IMG/VR virus record: IMGVR_UViG_3300045988_012441
Coordinates: 1 to 6,319 of that record
Reading direction: 5' to 3' (one strand)
Length of the DNA stretch: 6,319 bases
DNA from: a virus
Each line of letters starts with the position of its first letter. Position 1 is the first letter of the stretch. This document shows positions 1-5,028 of the stretch, piece after piece. A program made the position numbers and the translations under genes. The notes beneath the pieces are model-generated. The model was not told the origin of the DNA and did not search any database. It saw nothing but the letters and a program-made list of their open reading frames with translations.

Positions 1-55
1 GGTAATAGCAGCCTTACCTGTATTAGTACTAGCAATCATAGAACCATAGCCAAGT
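1..55. repeat. Terminal redundancy copy 1 (identical to 6265..6319), wrap-around of a circular assembly
   Basis: ggtaatagcagccttacctgtattagtactagcaatcatagaaccatagccaagt occurs at both window ends (read directly). It lies inside the capsid coding sequence, so it is not an att site or LTR. Confidence 0.95.
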
Positions 56-519
56 AAATCAAGCAATTTACAAGAACCATAGACAATAGGGAGACCTGCG
101 TCATCACGAGTATTAGGCTGATCTCCGGCATTAGCCGTCTGAAGAAACACATTAAAAACGCTCTGAGTAACACTAGGTACAGAAGTAAGCGAAGACGTAT
201 TCGAAGTAGAACTAGCTGCACTAGTCACATAATCCGTCATTTGAGTAAACGCCTGCGGAAGAGCACGAGAAATCAAACGTAACGGTACAGCATAGAAATC
301 ATAATACTCCTTAATACGAGTATAAGCAGCCGTATTAACCGGAACAGTGCGGGTAAACCAGTCGGAGGAAATACGATACTTTGTTCCTGGAATAGCAATT
401 TGCCAATAACAAGGAAGAATTTCACCAACTTTAGCTGTAAACAATTTTTTCGAACTCAAGTCGAAAGAAGACCGATGAGTAGGAATCTTAGCTCGGTCTA
501 AAGGATTAAAATTACTCAT
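1..519 (-). CDS. VP1: Major capsid protein VP1 (F-like), N-terminal 173 codons, continuing across the circular junction into 6264..5029
   Basis: ATG at 519..517. My hand translation is MSNFNPLDRAKIPTHRSSFDLSSKKLFTAKVGEILPCYWQIAIPGTKYRISSDWFTRTVPVNTAAYTRIKEYYDFYAVPLRLISRALPQAF... with no in-frame stop down to position 1. The MSN start, the H..S.FDLS...G.L.P segment and the FYAVPLR segment resemble the conserved N-terminus of microvirus F/VP1 proteins. The ORF is absent from the supplied track because it runs off the window edge. It is in frame with the 5029..6303 ORF: (519-39) is divisible by 3, and position 39 equals 6303 minus 6264. Confidence 0.9.
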   Translation of the reverse strand, partial: MSNFNPLDRAKIPTHRSSFDLSSKKLFTAKVGEILPCYWQIAIPGTKYRISSDWFTRTVPVNTAAYTRIKEYYDFYAVPLRLISRALPQAFTQMTDYVTSAASSTSNTSSLTSVPSVTQSVFNVFLQTANAGDQPNTRDDAGLPIVYGSCKLLDLLGYGSMIASTNTGKAAIT

Positions 520-537
520 AATTAATTAATATTTAAA

Positions 538-2217
538 TTAAACCATACGGTTAAAAATATCATTAGTATCGTTAAGCTTTTTATGCTTAATCATATCACG
601 ACAGTATGTCGCACTACGGTACCGGAGTTGCTCAAGGAGTTGAGCCGTTTCACATGAAACAGACTGTAAGATATCTGATTCTTGGCCGTTCGTAGGTAGA
701 ACGAACATACAATCCGAGAGTTCAGGGTATTGGGAACGAAGGCCATATACACTTCGCAAATCTTCATAATTCTTTTTCTTCTCATATTCTATACCTTTTT
801 TAAGGATAAACATAATACGACCGGCATAAGAATCAATATTACAGCCAAAGGAAGGCAAATGCCAGTTACGGAAGAACTTATAGACATAAAGGAACAGCCG
901 ATACAGCTTATTAATATAAGACTCAATATCGACATCACTAGAACTGTTACAGAACCTAGTAAGGCACCTAGCAGAATGTAATACAATCTTATCATCGTCA
1001 GTAAGAATAGGATTAGTCTTAAGATATTGATAATAAGTACGGACAAGGCTCAAAACTGAGTCCTGTTTATAATCGATGAATCCATATCTTGCAATTCTTT
1101 TTGGCGTTGAATGTACAGCGCGAAGAACTCGAGCAATCGCAATACTATCGTCATTGCGAGCAGACGAGAATCGGGGCAATAAGGTACGGATATACGACAT
1201 GGGTGGAGTTGACCGAATACTAAGGCCGCTGAAGTTGTAGATTCTTCCATTAACGACAGAATCGATTTTTTGCTCAATCTGCGCATAAGGTTCTTCACCT
1301 TCCACGAAATCGCAACCTTTTTCAAAGAATCCGAGAGACGCTCTCGAGCGGGGTTTAAACGCGCGGCATGAGCGATATAATAAGGGAGCAGAACTAAGGC
1401 TGTTAACGTAACTCGAAACGTACGAAGAAGCTCCACCTCGGGCAATCTGGAAATCTGAACGACCGAGTTTCCAACTCTTATCGTGACAGTATCGTAATAC
1501 CTTTGAGACTTTCTCCGAGTTTGTGAATAATAAGATATGATAATGCGGACGGAAATGGACAGGGCCGTACTCACCGACAGCGTAGAAATGTAGCGTTTCA
1601 TAAGAACCTAATTGCTTATATAAATATTTACGTAATCTTTTAATATAATTCTGCACATCAGCGTAGTTCAAAAAGGGAATAAGGTTATCACGACCGTATT
1701 GTGCAGAAGCGGGATAATCCGTTTTGTCAACCGCTTGCGTCTTATAGATAAAACTACGAATAGCAGCCATACTAAGAAACCAATTATCCTTAACAGGAAC
1801 ATATTCCTTAATCTCACGGTCAAACGGCACTGTACCCTGTACTTGCTCGAAGAATATATGGCGCAACATGGAGTCATCATCACATTGATATTCAGAAACA
1901 GGGATATATTTATGATATTCATGGCCAAAATGAATATCTCCCGAAATGCCTAAGGCGTCATTATAATCACTATGCAAAACCTTACAAGCCATAAGGGGGA
2001 CATGTTCATTATCATAAGTAAGTGTAACAAAATAAGAATACTTAAAGGCACTTCCAGCGGTCCTCACACGCATGGACGCTTTTTGGGCTTTCTTATGGAT
2101 ACAATAATCGCATTGACCACAATCCACGGCAATGCGGGCACCATTATACCTATTTGTGATAAAGGAACGATGCTGACAATGGTCAACAGCTTTAAGCAAA
2201 TCGGGAGAAAATTTCAT
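538..2217 (-). CDS. VP4: Replication initiator protein VP4 (HUH rolling-circle endonuclease, phiX174 gene A-like), 559 aa
   Basis: Cys cluster CGQCDYCIHKK near the N-terminus. Motif 1 FVTLTYD. HUH motif HFRPHYHILLF (HYH encoded at 1537..1545, verified as cattatcat on the - strand). Double-Tyr motif YVSSYVNS (about 1408..1422). KRLRKYL lies upstream of the HUH motif, as is typical of microvirus Reps. Confidence 0.92.
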   Translation of the reverse strand: MKFSPDLLKAVDHCQHRSFITNRYNGARIAVDCGQCDYCIHKKAQKASMRVRTAGSAFKYSYFVTLTYDNEHVPLMACKVLHSDYNDALGISGDIHFGHEYHKYIPVSEYQCDDDSMLRHIFFEQVQGTVPFDREIKEYVPVKDNWFLSMAAIRSFIYKTQAVDKTDYPASAQYGRDNLIPFLNYADVQNYIKRLRKYLYKQLGSYETLHFYAVGEYGPVHFRPHYHILLFTNSEKVSKVLRYCHDKSWKLGRSDFQIARGGASSYVSSYVNSLSSAPLLYRSCRAFKPRSRASLGFFEKGCDFVEGEEPYAQIEQKIDSVVNGRIYNFSGLSIRSTPPMSYIRTLLPRFSSARNDDSIAIARVLRAVHSTPKRIARYGFIDYKQDSVLSLVRTYYQYLKTNPILTDDDKIVLHSARCLTRFCNSSSDVDIESYINKLYRLFLYVYKFFRNWHLPSFGCNIDSYAGRIMFILKKGIEYEKKKNYEDLRSVYGLRSQYPELSDCMFVLPTNGQESDILQSVSCETAQLLEQLRYRSATYCRDMIKHKKLNDTNDIFNRMV

Positions 2218-2219
2218 AA

Positions 2220-2528
2220 TTATTTACGTTTATCAATTACCTGCCGACGATTACGCGAGCAGAATGAAATATGAATAAATGTCGGATATATAATAAGCTG
2301 ATCGAATGGCGAAACATTATCAGAAAAAAAATGAATCATTTCGAGCAACTTACTAAATGTAGTAGAACCATATGGCTTAATATCAACAGCCTCGCCTACG
2401 AGATGCTGAGAATTCGGAACGCCTCCAGCAGCCTTATTTTGCTCGGGAGTACGTCTAGCGCTAGTCACCGAAAAATGAGCATTAGAATACAGCAAATATT
2501 CAAAAAAATGCATAAGAGTATAATTCAT
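2220..2528 (-). CDS. Peptidase M15-family (LAS-type zinc D,D- or L,D-peptidase, M15_3/DUF882-like) cell-wall hydrolase, 102 aa, candidate endolysin
   Basis: VTSARRTPEQNKAAGGVPNSQHLVGEAVDI matches the family signature SGYR.P..N..VGG...S.H..G.A.D (H-x6-D zinc ligands). IYPTFIHISF supplies the distal His. There is no signal peptide. The stop TAA lies 2 nt before the VP4 ATG, and the ATG overlaps the upstream ORF stop (ATGA). Confidence 0.8.
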   Translation of the reverse strand: MNYTLMHFFEYLLYSNAHFSVTSARRTPEQNKAAGGVPNSQHLVGEAVDIKPYGSTTFSKLLEMIHFFSDNVSPFDQLIIYPTFIHISFCSRNRRQVIDKRK

Positions 2529-2608
2529 AATCCAATAGCATTAAGAACATAACCTAAGGCAGCAGATACAGCGCCGATAATAATCTTCCAAATGTTATTA
2601 CTTTTCAT
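2525..2608 (-). CDS. Hypothetical 27-aa single-pass membrane peptide (MKSNNIWKIIIGAVSAALGYVLNAIGL), translationally coupled to the M15 peptidase
   Basis: Internal ATG at 2608 of the 106-aa track ORF. It has a short polar N-terminus followed by 19 hydrophobic/small residues. Its TGA overlaps the peptidase ATG (ATGA at 2525..2528), and its ATG sits inside the last codons of the 64-aa ORF (GGCGATGAAAAGTAA). It is very short, so coding status is unproven. Confidence 0.35.
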   Translation of the reverse strand: MKSNNIWKIIIGAVSAALGYVLNAIGL

Positions 2609-2792
2609 CGCCTTGAGTTTTAAGTTCAACAAAATCATTCTTTTCTCTAATCGAGTCCACAATGACGATAAGACCCAATCGAGAAACTCGCTCAGAATAA
2701 GGTCCAAGACCTTCGAGAGAATTAACAACATAAGGCGGAATAACATCACGACCAGTGTTTTTGTCTTTAACTGAAATAATGAATTTTTGCAT
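2598..2792 (-). CDS. Hypothetical protein, 64 aa, first ORF of the promoter-proximal block
   Basis: ORF-track entry with a balanced, protein-like composition (MQKFIISVKDKNTGRDVIPPYVVNSLEGLGPYSERVSRLGLIVIVDSIREKNDFVELKTQGDEK). It starts about 50 nt downstream of a TAnnTTTG box and is on the same strand as all other genes. I recognise no motif. Confidence 0.55.
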   Translation of the reverse strand: MQKFIISVKDKNTGRDVIPPYVVNSLEGLGPYSERVSRLGLIVIVDSIREKNDFVELKTQGDEK

Positions 2793-2842
2793 AATTGTAA
2801 GAATATTAAAATGTTAATAATAGTTGTAACTTCTAACGGGGG

Positions 2843-2873
2843 CAAATATACAAACTATTTTTATAGTCCCAAA
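2843..2873 (-). promoter_or_regulatory. Bacteroidota-type sigma-A promoter candidate: -33 TTTG (2873..2870), 19-nt spacer, -7 TATATTTG (2850..2843)
   Basis: The - strand reads aattttcTTTGggactataaaaatagtttgTATATTTGccccc. This matches the published Bacteroides consensus TTTG / TAnnTTTG with a 19-nt spacer. An A11 tract lies immediately upstream. In my manual scan, only three TAnnTTTG matches exist on the - strand of the whole window, and two are in intergenic DNA upstream of ORFs. Confidence 0.5.
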
Positions 2874-2881
2874 GAAAATTC

Positions 2882-2892
2882 TTTTTTTTTTT
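2882..2892. repeat. Homopolymer tract T11 (+) / A11 (-) directly upstream of the promoter candidate
   Basis: Read directly: c ttttttttttt ag. On the coding strand it is an A-tract abutting the -33 element, in an UP-element-like position. Confidence 0.9.
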
Positions 2893-2912
2893 AGATTCTA
2901 CGATAGAGTGTG

Positions 2913-2980
2913 AGTTGTGCGTTTATAGACAAGGGATGGAGAATCCGAGAGGATAACTCGGATTTGCTTCGCACACAACT
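2913..2980. repeat. Nested stem-loop in non-coding DNA: outer 7-bp stem agttgtg(2913..2919)/cacaact(2974..2980) enclosing a perfect 8-bp hairpin aatccgag(2942..2949)-aggataa-ctcggatt(2957..2964)
   Basis: Complementarity checked base by base. The inner stem can extend by a G:T wobble (2941:2965). No ORF covers the region. In an ssDNA phage the virion strand would be able to fold such a hairpin. Confidence 0.6.
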
Positions 2981-3025
2981 AGGGGCTTCGCTTAATTAAC
3001 ACACCAACAGAACGTTCAATACGCA

Positions 3026-3074
3026 TAACCTAAAAAGGGAGCTTAACATTGAGCAGGCGATAAGGTTTAGGTTA
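3026..3074. repeat. 9-bp perfect inverted repeat taacctaaa(3026..3034) / tttaggtta(3066..3074), 31-nt spacer
   Basis: Read directly. It is AT-rich, and a rough chance expectation in a 317-nt region is about 0.2, so significance is only modest. Confidence 0.4.
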
Positions 3075-3140
3075 AAAAAATAGGGGAAGACAACAAGTGA
3101 GTCCTGCTTCCTTTTTTGGGTTCGACTATGCAGACAGGAG

Positions 3141-3175
3141 GGGGCAAAAGAAAAGGTAGGACTTATTGCCTACCT
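3141..3175 (-). terminator. Candidate intrinsic terminator on the - strand: AGGTAGG-caataagt-CCTACCT followed by TTTCTTTTG
   Basis: 7-bp stem (3154..3160 / 3169..3175), 8-nt loop and a T-rich tail (complement of 3141..3153). The TAA stop of the 52-aa ORF (3163..3165) lies in the loop. Confidence 0.45.
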
Positions 3176-3321
3176 ACTTTCGGAATAATCTGGAACACAC
3201 AACCAGAAATATCCTGTTTGGCTTCATACTTACAAAACCATTCGAGGGCATCATCCATAGAGGTTACACACAATGAAAACACAACTTTGCGTCCTTTTTT
3301 AATTCTTACTTCGTAATACAT
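3163..3321 (-). CDS. Hypothetical small protein, 52 aa (MYYEVRIKKGRKVVFSLCVTSMDDALEWFCKYEAKQDISGCVFQIIPKVGRQ), not in the supplied ORF track
   Basis: Hand-translated from ATG 3321..3319 to TAA 3165..3163. An in-frame stop sits upstream at 3334..3336, so this is the first ATG. It is on the same strand as all genes, preceded by a TATCTTTG box and followed by a hairpin plus T-tract. The composition is protein-like. I recognise no motif. Confidence 0.45.
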   Translation of the reverse strand: MYYEVRIKKGRKVVFSLCVTSMDDALEWFCKYEAKQDISGCVFQIIPKVGRQ

Positions 3322-3354
3322 AATATATAAGTTTTATGGTTCTTTTCTGTATTA

Positions 3355-3388
3355 CAAAGATACGAAATAGTTTGCAAAGTTCAACAAA
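3355..3388 (-). promoter_or_regulatory. Second Bacteroidota-type promoter candidate: -7 TATCTTTG (3362..3355), possible -33 TTTG (3388..3385) with a 22-nt spacer
   Basis: The - strand reads caacTTTGttgaactttgcaaactatttcgTATCTTTGtaatac, 34 nt upstream of the 52-aa ORF ATG. The spacer is longer than the usual 19-21 nt, so this candidate is weaker than the one at 2843..2873. Confidence 0.35.
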
Positions 3389-3429
3389 GTTGGAGTTAAA
3401 TAGTGTTTACGAAATGTTAATAAATGTAT

Positions 3430-3463
3430 AAAAAAAATTTTCCCTCCGCTTCGCGGAGGGAAA
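3430..3463 (-). terminator. Strong rho-independent terminator on the - strand, immediately after VP2
   Basis: The - strand reads TTTCCCTCCGC-gaa-GCGGAGGGAAA followed by a TTTTTTTT run. This is an 11-bp GC-rich stem (3439..3449 / 3453..3463), a 3-nt loop and T8 (complement of A8 at 3430..3437). It begins 10 nt after the VP2 stop. Confidence 0.85.
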
Positions 3464-3473
3464 GAGAATAGAT

Positions 3474-4577
3474 TCACTTACGGCCAAAGCCACCAAGACG
3501 AGAACCAGCACCAATTACATTGCCGACACCAGCGGCAACAGCACCAAGACCACGGGAAACAGAATCCCAATAATGAGTACGACCTTGTTTGCGAGCCAAT
3601 TCTGCGCCATATTCAGCGGCTTTCTGCTTCGCCATAGAGGTTTCATACTCCGTATGTTTACGAAGCTTAACATTCTCATAATCATACGTACTATCACGAT
3701 ACTGCAATTCATTAGAGGCGTTAGCTGCCTTAATCAAAGAATTAGCCGTCTCGGAAGCTACACGATTGTCAATCTTCTTACCGGAAGCCTCAGCAGCAGT
3801 AAGAATAGCACGCTGGATTTCAGTCTGGATTTGCTTCTCAGTAAGAGCACCTTGAGCCCGAAGATTGGCTAAAGTTTGAGCCTTAATAAACAAATCAGCT
3901 TGTTGATTCTGATCCATATATTTATTCATAATACGTTGAGCATCAGAATTAAGCAAAATCTGTGCTTCTTGAGCGGCAGATATGCGTTCAGCAAACTGGG
4001 CATTTTTTAGATTTTGAGCCTCAGTAGACTGGTCTAGAGCAGCAGATATACGGCCTGTCTCCTTATTCCAGTAACCGGAAGAGCCAACAGCTAGATTTTT
4101 CCAATTAGTAAGGCCTCTATAATAATCAGACAAAAGAGGAGTTACCGTATCAGTTTGTTTAGCGCGAGCGCCCGATTCGCCAGCAGAAGCCTCAGAAGCC
4201 TTAGCTTGAGCAAGGGAAGCAAGAGACTGGAACACGCTAGAGAAATTAGGCTTATAAGCCTGCATACTAGGAACAGGAGCAGCAGTAGCAGCGACTCCGC
4301 CTGAAGCAGGAGACCTAGAACCAGCCATAGAAGCAGAACCTTGAACAAACGGATTCAAACCACGAGAAATCATAGCGTTAGGAGAGTTATAGGCATTATT
4401 CATGCCCCACATTTGTTGCTGCCAATCACGTTGAATTTGCGCTTGTTCGGCATTAAACGCGTTTTGTTCACGCATCATGCGGAGATTAACCTTATTCTGA
4501 TGATTCTGATTAACCATACCGACAACATTGTCGGTAAGGTTTGCAGCCGAGGAAGCTATAGCGTCAAATAGTCCCAT
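3474..4577 (-). CDS. VP2: Minor capsid / DNA pilot protein VP2 (H-like), 367 aa
   Basis: The N-terminal region REQNAFNAEQAQIQRDWQQQMWGMNNAYNSPNAMISRGLNPF resembles the conserved VP2 block (...N..F...E....ER.SNTAYQR...D...AGLNP). The centre is a long Q/A/N-rich, helix-prone region, and the tail is Gly-rich (GLGAVAAGVGNVIGAGSRLGGFGRK). It sits downstream of VP1, and its ATG overlaps the upstream stop (TAATG at 4575..4579). Confidence 0.85.
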   Translation of the reverse strand: MGLFDAIASSAANLTDNVVGMVNQNHQNKVNLRMMREQNAFNAEQAQIQRDWQQQMWGMNNAYNSPNAMISRGLNPFVQGSASMAGSRSPASGGVAATAAPVPSMQAYKPNFSSVFQSLASLAQAKASEASAGESGARAKQTDTVTPLLSDYYRGLTNWKNLAVGSSGYWNKETGRISAALDQSTEAQNLKNAQFAERISAAQEAQILLNSDAQRIMNKYMDQNQQADLFIKAQTLANLRAQGALTEKQIQTEIQRAILTAAEASGKKIDNRVASETANSLIKAANASNELQYRDSTYDYENVKLRKHTEYETSMAKQKAAEYGAELARKQGRTHYWDSVSRGLGAVAAGVGNVIGAGSRLGGFGRK

Positions 4578-5017
4578 TATTCAGGAGAGGCAGAAGCGGA
4601 ATCCGTAGACGGCGCTGCCTTAATCTCTGCCAACATAGATTCGGCATAAGCCGATAATTCTGATTTCTCATTAGCTAATTGTCGTAACACAGCTTGTCTT
4701 TCAGACATAGTCTGACAGTGACGAGAAATGACACAATTAAAACGATCTTCATCAGTCATACCATCCATAACGGTAGATTGGGTAGGATGCATCTGGGCTA
4801 GGATACTCTGAACATTCATATCACCAAGCAAACGACGATATTTTTCTTGATTCAGAAGAATCTGGGTCATATCACATTGAATCAAATCACCATCAGGAGA
4901 TTCATCATACATTACAGAATCATATACAGATTGTTGATAACACGGATTATCTTCAACCAATTCGGGAACAACTTCATTCTTAATAAAATCGGGATTTTTG
5001 TAAGCAAAACTTCTCAT
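4577..5017 (-). CDS. Hypothetical acidic protein, 146 aa, VP3/internal-scaffold-like by position between VP1 and VP2
   Basis: ORF-track entry on the same strand, starting 11 nt after the VP1 stop and stop-start coupled to VP2. It has a net acidic composition. The functional call rests on synteny only, not on a motif I can recognise. Confidence 0.6.
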   Translation of the reverse strand: MRSFAYKNPDFIKNEVVPELVEDNPCYQQSVYDSVMYDESPDGDLIQCDMTQILLNQEKYRRLLGDMNVQSILAQMHPTQSTVMDGMTDEDRFNCVISRHCQTMSERQAVLRQLANEKSELSAYAESMLAEIKAAPSTDSASASPE

Positions 5018-5028
5018 AACAATACAAA

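Noticed and set aside
1-55. The 55-bp terminal direct repeat as an att site, LTR or transposon end
   Set aside because: It lies inside the capsid ORF, which reads in frame across the junction. It is best explained as overlap from assembling a circular genome.
36-221. 61-aa - strand ORF at the window start
   Set aside because: It is out of frame with, and completely inside, the VP1 N-terminal coding region. The Leu/Arg-rich sequence looks like an off-frame artefact.
2525-2845. 106-aa - strand ORF from the track (MPPLEVTTIINILIF...)
   Set aside because: Its N-terminal about 80 residues are Leu/Ile-rich low complexity typical of an off-frame read of the 64-aa ORF. Its start lies on the predicted -7 promoter box. 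Only the last 27 codons (2525..2608) are retained as a possible short gene.
2974-2982. CAACTAG (+ strand) and CAACTTTG (- strand, around 3380..3395) resembling the phiX174 origin core CAACTTG
   Set aside because: The matches are short and imperfect, one is on the non-virion strand, and the Reps are too divergent to assume the same nick sequence. The origin question is left to the structural finding instead.
2966-2991. Direct repeat of GCTTCGC (2966..2972 and 2985..2991, also 3448..3454) as possible Rep iterons
   Set aside because: A 7-mer recurring within a few hundred nt is expected by chance (rough expectation above 1). The third copy is simply the loop region of the VP2 terminator.
2996-3049. 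Mini-ORFs on the - strand in the non-coding region (ATG 3049, 17 aa, MLSSLFRLCVLNVLLVC; ATG 3026, 15 aa, MRIERSVGVLIKRSP)
   Set aside because: They are too short to support, lack a promoter or coupling context, and overlap the inverted-repeat arms. They are treated as non-coding.
3085-3117. ggaag...cttcc followed by tttttt on the + strand as a + strand terminator
   Set aside because: The stem is only 5 bp with a 17-nt loop, and there is no credible + strand transcription unit to terminate.
3515-4348. Same-strand alternative-frame ORFs inside VP2 (3515..3712, 65 aa; 4142..4348, 68 aa)
   Set aside because: They are short and Leu-rich low complexity (for example LLLLLLFLV, LLRLLLANR), generated by the GCN/CAG-rich VP2 codons. 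There is no independent start context.
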